From Rhynchobatus australiae (Eukaryota), in NCBI GenBank assembly GCA_034780895.1, contig JAUZTB010000075.1:15837487-15901486 (forward strand): DNA of 64,000 nucleotides, written 5' to 3'. How positions within the stretch are numbered: position 1 is the stretch's first letter; every line of letters begins with the position of its first letter. Made by a program: the position numbers and the translations under genes. This document shows positions 51,301-63,574 of the stretch, one piece after another. The notes beneath the pieces are model-generated. The model ran no database searches. It worked only from the letters and a program-made list of their open reading frames with translations, and was not told the origin of the DNA.

Positions 51301-52180
51301 GCAGGCTGAGAGAAGCTGAAAGGAAAGAGCACGGCAGACAGACAGACAGGGAAGGGAAAGTGACACACACAGAGCACAGAGAGTCAGACAGAAGTAGGAA
51401 CAGGCAATGATGGAGTGACAGAGAGGGACAGACTTAAAAAGGAGTGATGGGCAGACAGACAGAGACAGACTGAAGGGAGAGTCAGAGAAACAGAAGATAG
51501 AAAGTGTGAGGGGGAGCAACAGACAGACAGATGGACAGAAGGGGGAGAGAAAGGGAAAGAGAGAAAATGAGGCAGAAAGGTATACAGGCAGTCAGACAGG
51601 GAGGGGAGAACCTGAGGGGCCATAGGACAGACAGATAAAGAGGGAGTGGTGAAAAGCAAACAGAGAGAGCGAGACAGAGATAAGCTGTCAGAATGAGAGA
51701 ATCAGACAGAGGATGGAGAGAAAAACTGAGAGGGACAAACAGACAGACCCACAGGCAGACAGACAGACAGCCTGGAAGAGGCAAAAACAAAGATACAGAA
51801 GGGAGAGAGTCAGTCAGAAAGAGGTGAGCAGGACGGATAGAGAGACAGAGTGGAAGACAGAGCAGACAGACATCAGACAGAGAGGGGAAAGAGTGACGGA
51901 CAGACATTGCGACGAGAGACAGGCAGAGGAAAGCAATGGATAGAGGCAGGTAGGCGTGCAAACAGATGGACATAGAACGAGGAAGTGAGATCGACAGATA
52001 AGGGTGGAGGGAGAGAGGGTGGGGGGCAGGGGGAAGGGGAGGGAGAGAGACAGATGTACCGGCAGACAGAGTGCATATTGAAAGACAGACAGCCAGGGAA
52101 GCGAGAGAGGCAGACAGGTAGTTAGAATGGACACTGGGAGACAAGGTAGAGAGACAGGCAGACGGATAGACAGAGAGGAT
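47952..52180 (+). repeat. About 4.2 kb GA/GACA-rich low-complexity tract (contains a gap)
   Basis: The plus strand is overwhelmingly purine. This explains the long Leu/Ser/Pro/Cys ORFs on the minus strand. Confidence 0.95.
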
Positions 52181-52237
52181 AAATTTGAATATCGATTTGT
52201 TCCGAAAACCGGTGCTCAGTTGAACAGACCAACCAAC

Positions 52238-52510
52238 CTGCAGTGATGAGTTCCTGAAGACTTGGGACGGTCCCATCGGCTTGACTCATTTCCCTTGCAT
52301 TGAAACACATCGTTGTATAAGCCCGGTTCCCTCTCCAAAATAAGCTCCCCTTGGCACAGACACGGCGACTCTGCCTTGAAGCTGATCTGCACGCCACATC
52401 ATCTGTATCCCAGTACAGGTAACACGCGGTTCCCCAGGTGTCATCAAACTGCATCTCCAGTCTTCCCGAGCACTGATGATCTCCGGACACCAGTCTCTGA
52501 GCTCTGTGAT
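52238..52510 (-). pseudogene. Decayed SRCR (scavenger receptor cysteine-rich) domain exon, DMBT1/CD163-like
   Basis: Acceptor ctttctcag at 52512-52511, then RLVSGDHQCSGRLEMQFDDTWGTAC..WD..VACR, a frameshift, AVSVPRGAYFGEGTGLI, a second frameshift, and DVFQCKGNESSRWD. The C-terminal HxEDAGVxC is missing. Confidence 0.85.
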
Positions 52511-55497
52511 CTGAGAAAGAGAGCCATAATAATCACAATTTTAAGGGCAATTCACGGAGAAATCCCATTGGGGTTCCAGTCTGGTCTCCTACTGATGACA
52601 CCTGTTCTACCCCTCCCTCCTTCAATTAATTATTCTTTTTTGCTGGAATTACGTTGGGACTAGACCGAGCTGTTGTTGTCCCCGTGTTACAAGATGACAT
52701 TGTATACGAAGGAAGTGATTTGCCAAGTTTTCATAAAGGAATATTGGTAAATCTGTGACAAGCGAACTCTCCGCCAGTTTGTCGAACGCCGGGTCGCCCT
52801 TTCGCTACTTTCACACTAGGATATCGGAGCTGCCCCGACTGCATCCTTCCTCCGCTCCCGCATTTTCTAATGCCAGATCAAAAATTGTTCTCGAACACTT
52901 CCCTCTGCCTCCTGATATGCCCCTCTCTCATACCTCTGCTGCAGTGGCTCCAGTGGGCGGACTTCTGCAGTGATTCTATTGTGTTCAACCAACGTACACT
53001 GGAGCCCAGTCCCATTTTCAACTGTGCTCTGTGATAAAATCCCGAGGTTAATCCCTTCACTCCGGTGTGTTCTCCCATTGGTCCATTGACACGATATCAC
53101 TACCAGTCTTCTCTCGGAATCACCACCTCAATACCTTATTTGTTTGCTGTCTTTTCCACTTTTCCATGTCTATTAGCTCGCACTTTCAGCGACGAGGCGG
53201 GTGATTCCGCTCATCTGCCTGCCGAGATGTGTCTCCGAGCCTCAACCGGGACTCAATGAATGGCTGAAACACAGCTTCTGTGGAGAAAAGCTGACGGTCA
53301 TCATTTCGGGTTCTGACCGCCTGCTTTTCTCCACGGATGCTGCCTGGCCTGCTGAATTCCTCCAGCATCATCGTGGTATTCATCTAGATTCCAGCATCTA
53401 CCGTCCTTTGTTCCTCTTTTTTAATGGCTTAGGGGTTTTTATGTCAGATTTCCAGCAGGAGCAATGTTTCGCTTTTCCTCCAGAGGGAATTCAGGGGAAA
53501 GGACGTCGAAAATAAGTATCACTTCAATTCTAGCCCGTCGCACTAGTGGAACTGTGGTGGAAGCCAAGTGATCATTAAACTGGTTGCACAGCAGTTTACT
53601 GTTAATATTAATATTAAATATTAATATTAAATGTCGATAACTGTCGATTAACTGGCATTAATTAACCGTTAGTTAATATTATATGTCGATACACTTTACG
53701 GGAATAGAAGGGAGATACGCGTAGGTCACACCTGAGTCAGCTGTCTTCACAATATGTACAAACTGATAACGGGCGCCGAAAATAAAAGCGGCATTTTAAC
53801 ATTTCTGGATGACACCTTCTCGGAGCAATAAGCAACACCGAGGAACACTGTGTTGAGAAAGCACAAATACATTAATATCACCGCAGAATTCTCTTCTAAT
53901 TGACAAGGAGGAACATAAGAAAAGCAAACTAGACCAGTCAGTTCCCCCACATCCACTTCACACCCCACCCCACCCCCCCTCCCCCCACCCGTCTGCTCCG
54001 TCGTNNNNNNNNNNNNNNNNNNNNNNNNNNNNNNNNNNNNNNNNNNNNNNNNNNNNNNNNNNNNNNNNNNNNNNNNNNNNNNNNNNNNNNNNNNNNNNNN
54101 NNNNAGTAAGACCGTGGCTGGTCATTTTCTTCAGCACCACTTCCCTGAATTAAACGTGTATCTCCCGATTGCTATAATATTCAACAGTATATGGATCGCC
54201 GATATTTACAAACATGTGGCAAAGAACCAGCAAGATCTCGAGATGCAGACAGTCAAATATCTTTTAACAGTGAGGCAGATTAATAAAGTCGTGAAGTATA
54301 GCGACTGGATTCGAGTTCAGAAAGGACAGAATAGAAGTGCATTAAAATTAAATTTTAAACAGCCAGATGACATTCCATGCAGGATTTGGGGGGGGGAAAA
54401 AAGTACAGGGCACGACTATATCTTTCACTCAGTTAATGCAATGAAGCACGTTTCAACATTTCCCGAGTTTGCAGAAAATAATATGCAGTTATGATGTATG
54501 GGCAAGAAACGCAAGCAGTGTTTCAGAGACAAATCCCATTTCTCATCAAAAGACGCAGCCGAGTTGTGTTTATTATGTGTAACTGCTTCCTTAAACTTAC
54601 TGGTTCAAAGGGCCATTACCCTCAATCCCCGTCGGCTATTCTCTATACGTGGACGGAAGCAAACGGCCGATCTTCACACCCAAGAATCCAACAGCCGGAG
54701 CGCAGCCACGTGTGCCTCAAGACATCGGACCTTGACAGAAATCAGGCTGGGGGCAAAATATTGCTTCATAACAATGATCAGCTGTTTTAAACAGTTTCAC
54801 CGAAGACGCTGACGCTTAAAACTACTTGAAATTTATCAACATATATTGTTCCTGTTATTAAAAGCTATATTTTTCCCAAGTCTGCAACCCGAAGAAACAA
54901 TGAGACCTCCCGACATCGCCAAGCCTATCGAGTCAAATCTGTATAAGAAGCGATTTCCACACCTGAAGGAATACCAGCAGATCGGGCTGCACTGTTGAAC
55001 TCACCATGGAGTCAGGTTCTGGCATCTCACACTCGGGAATGCCGGTTAACTTCCCTGAGAAAATTTGGACAGAGGCGGTTCCATTAGGACGGCTGGGTGC
55101 AGCCAGGAAGACTTGGCCCAACTGTTTTCCACGAGGCCATTTCCTTATCTTTCCAACACTTATCGAAGGTCAGAGTGAGAACTGAAAGTGAGCCAGTTAT
55201 GTGGTCTACAACGCAACTTCTATTCGCCTTCCTCACATTAACCGTAGGCTCAGTTCTGAGGATCCTCCGAGGTAGTGAATCCACTCTCCCGAGTCTCAGT
55301 AGCACAGAACAACTTTTTCTCTGAAACTGAAATATCCCGGCATCACTGTGCGCACCTTCACTCCAAATAATAGTAATCCTAACTTGATCAAATACTCCCC
55401 GGNNNNNNNNNNNNNNNNNNNNNNNNNNNNNNNNNNNNNNNNNNNNNNNNNNNNNNNNNNNNNNNNNNNNNNNNNNNNNNNNNNNNNNNNNNNNNNN

Positions 55498-55670
55498 GGT
55501 GGAAATCTGAAATAAAAACAAAGAGCGCTGCACACACTCGGCAGGTTAGACAGCATCTGTGGAAGGAGAAACAGAGTTAAGGTTTCAGGTCAAAGACCCT
55601 TCGTCAGGACTGGGCAGGACAGATGTTAGATTTTAGTTTCAAGGAGGTGAAGGAGGGTTGGGATGAAATC
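55498..55670 (-). mobile_element. Penelope-like terminal repeat fragment; related fragments at about 26605-26730, 28015-28165, 42205-42330 and 53270-53420
   Basis: ggaaatctgaaataaaaaca..ctcggcaggttagacagcatctgtggaa motif with a hammerhead-like core. Confidence 0.7.
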
Positions 55671-56399
55671 GGATGTGCATCGCTGCTGGATTGCACGTGG
55701 AATCTAATGTCAGAGTGAAGTTGGGGAGACACCAGCAAAGTGTGGAGTTTGTGGTTTTGTCAGCAACAGGAAAGTTCAGACCTTATTTGAGTTTTATTCG
55801 AAACATGCACAGAAGATCTCGCCCACATTAAGACGAGAGAGATAGCGAGGGCTTTAAAGGCATTTCCCAGTCTCTTACATCTTTGCAGCAACATTGAGGA
55901 CCTCAAAGAGGACAGCATCATACTGTCAGAAGCAGCTGAATCTTACTGATGAATGATGAACCTTACTTATGATCCTGAGACTGTGGTACAGGACCTAAAT
56001 AGTCATCAGGCATGCGCTCGCATCTGAAAAGTGGTGCGCATGCCACACAAGTGCCAGACCAAGACCATCTAATAAAGGTCAAAGTCATCTCGCCCTGACA
56101 CTGAAAGGTATTACGTCACGGAGTCCCCTCGGCATCTGTAACGTGGAAGGCACAAATGACCAGAACCATAACAGTTTAGCTCTGATAATACACAAGAAGC
56201 TCGACATCATATGTGACAAAGCGCCCCACTTGACTGACTCCACATCCACCAACCTAGTCATTCCTTCTATCTTCCTGTTCATTCATTCTCTCCGTGACCC
56301 CGATATACCAACCTGCAGTTTGCATCCCCTGACACTTTCATTGCACGTTCTCTGCTGGGTTGCTAAAGACACAGCCCGTCACCTGGCAGGAGGAAAATA

Positions 56400-56670
56400 G
56401 CTACAGGCCATGGGTTCACCACCTCTGGCAGATCCGCCTCTGAGTCACATACCATCATCATATGTAGATATTTCCTCGTCCCTTTGTCAACGCTCTGTGT
56501 AAATCCTCGACGAAAAACCAAACCTCCCCGCAGCCCAGCTCCCGACACACCACAACGTCGTTCTCCAGCCCCCAGCCTGAACAAAACAGAGTCCTCCAGT
56601 TTCCCTTGTAGTGAATCTCCAGTTTTAGGGCGCATGAACTGTCCCCAGTCACCAGCCTCAACTTTACATT
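56400..56670 (-). pseudogene. Decayed SRCR domain exon
   Basis: LRLVTGDSSCALKLEIHYKGNWRTLFCSGWGLENDVVVCRELGCG matches the SRCR N-terminal consensus. In-frame stop after GRGNIYI, and the remainder is degenerate. Confidence 0.85.
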
Positions 56671-57589
56671 TTAAGGGAAAGATCAATTGCTAACACCGGT
56701 TTAAACCGCGGGTCAGTCGGATCTCCGCATACCGGGTTCCCGGTCCTCTAACCGTTCAAAGTCCACAAGTACCAAGTGATGAACGACGGGAATATCAGGC
56801 TGTGGACAGACCCCTACCGAGATGTTAAAAGTCAAAAATATATGGAGTAATCTGCGTATAGGCCTGGAGAACCGGGAGTCACCCGGTCATACATTGGACC
56901 AAGGCGGCTCCCAGGAAGTCAATGTGCGCTACAAATTCGTTTTCATTCTGTGCGGTTCAGCACAGCGGCCGCGATGCGCAGTCCTGGTCACCCACACAGT
57001 GAAGCACAGTAGCTATTAGAGGTATGAATTTATTCCTGGAGCTGGGTGCCGTAGAACGAAGAGCCGGATTAGTTCTTCAAACGATCTCAGTCTCAGCACT
57101 CAAAGATGGGATGGACAGTAGGAGATACTTTAAATTCAGGTACAATGTCGGTGGGGTCGGTTCCTCACACTGTGCCCNNNNNNNNNNNNNNNNNNNGCCG
57201 CTCCGCGTGAAGGTAGCAGTCACCTCTTGGCTGGGAATACAGATCTTCAGGAACAATTGGATTCATACCGCCCGCCTTTCGCTCAGAGAGAGTAGGAGAT
57301 TACCGGTCGGGTCAACCTGATAATCCCCGGGGAGGCTGTAATGAAGAATTCAGATTTGACTGCTGGCAGCGTGTGGAGTGGTGGGATTGGGATGTGGGAG
57401 CGGAGGAGGTCATGGGGAGCCACAACATCAAATTAATAAAATTATTAGCGGAAGAAGTCACAGTAGTAAACTGTGGAGAGTTACACGGAAGGAGTCCTGG
57501 GTATGTGATTTCACCTGTTTTGTTGTAAACTGCAGGTAAGTATCGGTCCTAATTAATTCGCAACGCGCCTTCTCTGTAAGAAGAATTTA

Positions 57590-58499
57590 ATCCAGACCAG
57601 GTCTGAGGTTTTAACTTTGGGAAGTCAAGTTCTGTTTGGATATATGGAGTAAATGGCAGGGATCTTAGGAACACATATGTTCAGAGGGACCTCGGGCTGA
57701 AAATCCAGAGATACCTGAAAGTGGTGACAGAAGTGGATGGGGTTGCGAGGCAGTCATTTGGTACGCTTGCCTTCATAGGCCGAGTCATTGCGTATAAGAG
57801 TTGGGAGGTCAATTTGTAGCTGTACAAAACATTCGTTAGACGGCACTTGGAGTATCGGTAAATTGGTAAATTGTTTTATTATTGTCACAAGTACCGAGGT
57901 ACAGTGAAAAACTAGTCTTGCATATCATTCATACAAATCAGTTCGTTACACAGTGCATTGAAATAATACGAGGGAGAACAATAACAAAATTCAGACCAAA
58001 TTGTTACAGTTACAGAGAAAGTGCAGTGCAGGTAGACAATAAAATACCAGGTCATAATGAGGTAGATTGTGAGGTCAAGAATCCAACCTACCATACTAGG
58101 GAACAGTTCAATAGTCTTATAACAGCGGGATAGAAGCTGTCCCCGACCCCGGTGGTAGGTGGTTTCCGGCCTTTGTATCTTCTGCCTGATGGGGGTGGTG
58201 GGATGGGAGAACAGAGAATGTCTGAGGTGGGTCGGGTCTTTGATTATGTTAGTTGCTTCACCAAGGCAGCGATAAATGTCGACAGAGTCCATGGAAGGGA
58301 GCTGGTTTCCGTGATGTGAAAGGCTGTGCCCACTAATCTCTACAGTTTCTTGCAGTCACGGGCAGAGTAGTTGCTATACCAAGCCGTGATGCATCCTCAT
58401 AGAATGCTTTCTATAGTGCATCGATAAAAATTGGAGAGATAATAATTGATAAAAATTGTGCACAGTTCTGGTGTCCATACTACAGGAACATGTGGCAGC

Positions 58500-58542
<43 letters not shown>

Positions 58543-58950
58543 AGAGAAACAGCAGGATGTTGCCTGAGATGGAACACGGTAGTTACAAGGGGAGATTGGA
58601 TAGGCTCGGTTTATTCTCACTGGAACGCAGTGGCTGAAGACTGACAATATAGAGGTTTACAAAACTGTGAGGGGGTTAGATAGAATAGATAGACAGAATA
58701 TATATCTCAAGGCAGGAACGCTAGAACACAAAGGTACACGTCTCAGGTGAGAAAGGAGGAATTTAAATGAGATCTGAATGGCTGGTTATTCACAGGGTGG
58801 CGGTTTTCTAAAACTACTTGCCAGAGCATGCGTTCGGGCATATTCTTGTATAAGAGAAAAATGGAGAAATGCGGGTCTAATGTGGGCAAATGGGATGTGA
58901 AGATAAACATCACAGTGGGCAAGGGTAAGCTGGGCTGAATATCAGATGTT
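57590..58950 (+). mobile_element. CR1 ORF2 3' part split by a Rex1 insertion
   Basis: CR1 reads cacttggagtat at 57855 and resumes ttgtgcacagttctgg at 58456; SYKGRLDRLGLFSLE follows. Confidence 0.85.
57856..58455 (-). mobile_element. Rex1/Babar 3' fragment
   Basis: RCLGEATNIIKDPTHLRHSLF and the Rex 3'UTR. Confidence 0.9.
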
Positions 58951-61439
58951 GGATACAATGGGATCTACCCACATGCAATTAACTGAGAGTAAATGGCATG
59001 GACCTAAGGAACATTGCGAAGTCCCTCCGTATCATCAGCCTGGGGGTACTTTTTGCCATTAACTTACCTAGCCAGCTACATCAATTCCATGGCTGCAAAA
59101 GCAGATAAGAGGGTGGACATCCTGACTCACTTCCTTACACTGCCAGGGCAGTTCTACAAGGAGGAAGTCAGAAGCATTTATTTCCTTGCCTGGACGAGTG
59201 GAGCTCAAACAATACACAAAATGCTCCAAACCATTCAGGACAATGCAGACTGCCTGAATGTCACCCCATCTACCATCTTAAGCATTCATTCCCTCCATCA
59301 CTTTCGCAGAGTGTTGCAATGTGTACAAAGTATAAAGTACACAGCAGTTAATGACCCAGGATACGCCGACAACACCCCCAGATTTAGGACCACTGTTGCC
59401 AAGAAGCACAAGGGAGTCTGGCATANNNNNNNNNNNNNNNNNNNNNNNNNNNNNNNNNNNNNNNNNNNNNNNNNNNNNNNNNNNNNNNNNNNNNNNNNNN
59501 NNNNNNNNNNNNNNNNNNNNNNNNNNNNNNNNNNNNNNNNNNNNNNNNNNNNNNNNNNNNNNNNNNNNNNNNNNNNNNNNNNNNNNNNNNNNNNNNNNNN
59601 NNNNNNNNNNNNNNNNNNNNNNNNNNNNNNNNNNNNNNNNNNNNNNNNNNNNNNNNNNNNNNNNNNNNAAAATACAAAAAGAAAATCCCTCATTTTAATG
59701 TGAGGATAAAAATACAGGGAAGTTCAAAAGATTTTTTTCTACTAATGCATATATATTATGTGGTTTAATGCGACATTCACCTTTCAATCAATTCAATACT
59801 TTCAGAGACTTTCCTGTTGTATCACAAAATACAGACAACTCTCTGAGAGATATCAGGAAGAGAGCAATTTGCATCAATAGATCTAGTTAAACTTTAATGA
59901 CACAATTAAAAGGAGAGCAGCTTTTACCATGTGATCTCGTGTGGATGTGCAGAAATCACTGGAAGTGGCAGAGCAGGTTGAAAAAGGGGTTTAAAACGAC
60001 CAAAGATTTATGAATAGAAGCACAAGAATACAAGGGCAAAGAAGTCATCATGAAACTCGTTCGGCCTTAACCGCAATATGCAGTTTTTGCCCCCATCACT
60101 GCACTTGGGAAACATGGTGACGGCCTTCGTTGAGGCTGAGTTTCTAGTTATATGGAAAGGCTGAAGATGAAGAAACTCTTCCCCTTTGGAATGGAGGAAT
60201 TTGGTTTCTGATGGAGGCATTTAAAGTGACAAAAGATCCAGAGCGTATAGATAAAGGGAAAACCAAAGGACGTGGAATAGAAGCATTCGGCAAACACAAA
60301 TGAAAGTGACCTGAGTTGTTTTCTATAACTCGCTTGTGGTTAGGATCTGGAATGCTCTGCCACTTGTGGATTAAATTGTGATACTCAAAAGTGAGTTGAA
60401 TATGTACTTGAAAGGGAAAAATGAAGGCCTGCGAGCAGAGGACAAGGGTGGGACAAAATTCAGGTAAGTCTATGCATAAAATCACTCCCTAATTAAGGGG
60501 GGGGCACGGGCGACGGACGGACGAGATGCCATTACCAACGCGTTCGGAGGATCTGTTATAGTGAGAATTGTTTTGGCCCAAAGATGGTGGATGTAGATAA
60601 GGGGGAAGAAGCGAGAGTCTTAAAGGCTATTCTTTTGGGAGTGGGAATCTAGAAGGGCTTGAGATCTTCTGTATGAGATAATCATTGTCAATGCTCAGAT
60701 GTTTCGTGTGGGTTGGAACGTAATTTTCTTGGGGTAAGGGGCTGTCAATCTGTTAGTTGTGGGCGAAACGTTTTAAAATTCATCAGAGATCATTCAGCAG
60801 ATGTGGACGGATAGCGGTGCGTATGATCTATTTCAGCATGGAACAGATGACTGCTCGGAGTTTTTTTTTGCAGAACAACAATAAGTTTATCAATGGCCGT
60901 TGTGGATAATAAGGTGAAAATAATCTGACGAGAAATCAGTGACAGTCTGAGAAGGATATTTTGATGTTTTNNNNNNNNNNNNNNNNNNNNNNNNNNNNNN
61001 NNNNNNNNNNNNNNNNNNNNNNNNNNNNNNNNNNNNNNNNNNNNNNNNNNNNNNNNNNNNNNNNNNNNNNCTCAGTCTGGCGACTTTCCTTTTTCTTACA
61101 ATTACACCAACTCAAACATTTAACTTTAAAACAATAACATTTCATTGACCTCAATTAACATTCCATTCTTAAATTTCCGCTTCACAGTACCATTGGCGTC
61201 ATTCCTTCTTTGTGTTGAATGTATGATATCACTATTCTTTATTAATATTCTTACGTCATTTGCTATGCCTGATTCTACGTAAGTTTGGAGTGTATCTCTT
61301 TGAAATCAATGGCGGTTCTGATGGATTGCTTCAGTTATCAAGATCATTCTATGACGTCATTGATATTTACCAAGTTATTGCGTTGATACTATTTCAACTT
61401 GTATTTGACCTGCAGTTTTCATTGAATATTCAGTCATTG

Positions 61440-61675
61440 TCTTAGAGTCATTGAGTCATATAGCACGGAAACAAATCTGTTGGCTCATGATCCGCGCCAC
61501 CCTTCGAACGCTCAATTGTACTGATCGTTATTCTCCCGGCACTCCCATTATTCCCCCCCAACCCCCAATTCTACCACTTCCCTACATACGAATTAAAATT
61601 TACAGTGGCCAACTAACTTAACAACCTGTCAGTCTTTGGCATGTGAGAGGAAATGGGATGAGGCCGGAGAAGACG
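61440..61675 (-). mobile_element. V-domain SINE 3' part with CR1-like tail, just downstream of the GPR139-like stop
   Basis: Reverse complement ttcctctcacatgccaaagac...ttagttggccactgtaaatt. Confidence 0.6.
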
Positions 61676-61802
61676 GGGTGATTTTGTTGACCATTGTAAA
61701 GTGGGTAGTTTGCACCTCCTGTGTCCACAGCTCACTTCCGGTGATTGGGGAAGGGATGAGATGGCCTTTAGATTGACGCTGTGGATATTTCAATTCATTT
61801 CA

Positions 61803-62695
61803 TCATTTTGCAAATTTAATAATTAGTGTAAAAGGATATTTGATAATCTGTGTGAACTGTGTCCTGAATTTAGTTTGGGTCACGGCATAAATACAAGTGT
61901 TTGTGCAGCAACTCAGGAGCTGGAGCATGAACCCCGCTTCGCGCACAAAGAAAGGGAGGGATGCAGACATATACCCTAAATAACGCATTCGTCGCCATAT
62001 GAAGAATACCATAAATACTGCCCATAATATTATAAAATTCCCTGAGATTACGAAGAGTAAAATAATAGATTTCCTTCTGCTCTCCATCTCGGTGTCCTTT
62101 GGCCGTTCCCCAGGATTTTGGTTCCGCAGTCTGCTGCGTGCTCTGCTGGCCGATAAAATGTGTCTGACAGTCAATGCATTGAGCAGTAGGATCAGAATAA
62201 ACGGAACTCCTGGTGTCAGGAGAAAATGAAGAAATTCAATCGCTCCCCAGATACGTGAACCCAGAACACCATCTCTTACTATACAAAACCAGGGGTCATT
62301 TAAAAGCCAATAGTTTCTCGTATACACAAAATACCAGCTGACGTTTTTGAGAAGGGAAAGTACACCCACCGTTGCTAAAATCACCATTGCTGCCTTTTCG
62401 CTGCAATATTTGGGTTTCAGTTTGTGACTGCAAATGGCCACAAATCGATCAATGGTAAAAGCTACCGTGAACCAGACAGAACAATCTGTGACTGCATAAA
62501 GGAAGACAGCATGAATATTACACAGAGGGATGTACAATACAAATTCAATCTGATAAGTGATTGGAATCTGCCTCAATATCAGATCAATGATAATCACCAG
62601 TAGATCTGTGGTTGCCATGGCCACCAGGTAGCAGGTGACACATTTGGAGAGCCCACACTTTTCTCGAGACAAAATCGCAATCGTTACAAAGTTAA
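61803..62695 (-). CDS. GPR139-like orphan GPCR, coding exon 2 (joined protein 331 aa)
   Basis: Acceptor ctctctttctttcag|TT at 62697-62696 joins in frame to give GIPVNFVTIAILSR. Contains YLVAMATTDLL, SVWFTVAFTIDRFVAIC, PFILILLLNALTVRHI and SCCTNTCIY, which are GPR139/GPR142-like motifs. Open frame to TGA. Confidence 0.9.
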
Positions 62696-63249
62696 CTGAA
62701 AGAAAGAGAGGAGAGAGTAAGTTATGNNNNNNNNNNNNNNNNNNNNNNNNNNNNNNNNNNNNNNNNNNNNNNNNNNNNNNNNNNNNNNNNNNNNNNNNNN
62801 NNNNNNNNNNNNNNNNNNNNNNNNNNNNNNNNNNNNNNNNNNNNNNNNNNNNNNNNNNNNNNNNNNNNNNNNNNNNNNNNNNNNNNNNNNNNNNNNNNNN
62901 NNNNNNNNNNNNNNNNNNNNNNNNGCAGTGCCTGGAAGAGCAGAGGCCACCAGCCTGAATTCTTGGTCAAAATTGAATTCACATGTCATGGGCTGCAGTG
63001 CAACTCCTTGAGCCGAATCACCAACTTCTTTTGCCTTCGCCAATATGTTCCTGCAGGCAAGTAGATAATAGCCATTGAAGCTTTGACATACTTCAACGGC
63101 TGTAATACTGGAATTCATTGAACTTGTCAGAAAGGACCATGACTTTAAATGTACTGTTTTGTTAAAAGTAGCAAGAATGGGAGAGTAAAATCTAAGAATG
63201 GCTCTGTAGTTAAACATTAATAAATGAATAACTGGATAGAAAGTCTTAC

Positions 63250-63352
63250 CAGGGATGCCGATAGCAGCAAGGAAAGGATAATAAAACTTCTGTGTATCCC
63301 AAAGTGCGATTAATATCTGAATCTCTATGGGTACTGGATGACTGCGGTCCAT
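63250..63352 (-). CDS. GPR139-like orphan GPCR, coding exon 1 (MDRSHP...YYPFLAAIGIP)
   Basis: ATG in acaATGG context at 63352. Donor CCTG|gtaaga at 63249 (phase 1). Encodes the N-terminus and the start of TM1. Confidence 0.85.
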
Positions 63353-63485
63353 TGTAAAAACAGACACATCAATTATTCTATTATCACAAGTCTTGATTCC
63401 TTTTCTGAATTGTTGCTGATCCCTGCTTTCCCCAGAGATTATGCACTCAAAGTCACGATGGAATATTGCATTGTAGGTAACCCAC

Positions 63486-63493
63486 TATATATA
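63486..63493 (-). promoter_or_regulatory. Candidate TATA box of the GPR139-like gene
   Basis: TATATATA about 135 nt upstream of the ATG at 63352. Confidence 0.35.
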
Positions 63494-63574
63494 GCCTAAT
63501 TGAAGGTCTTGGGACTAAAATTAATCACAGTCACTGAACAAACAAGTAGAGTTAACTCTTGAACAGAAGGGGAA

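Noticed and set aside
45080-52276. Long minus-strand ORFs of up to 395 aa rich in L, S, P and C
   Set aside because: Products of CT-rich low-complexity sequence and N-gaps, which lack stop codons.
59014-59703. 229-aa ORF
   Set aside because: Decayed LINE reverse-transcriptase C-terminus extended by a gap.
62684-63367. 227-aa ORF
   Set aside because: Read-through of exon 1 into the intron and a gap; only 63250-63352 is coding.
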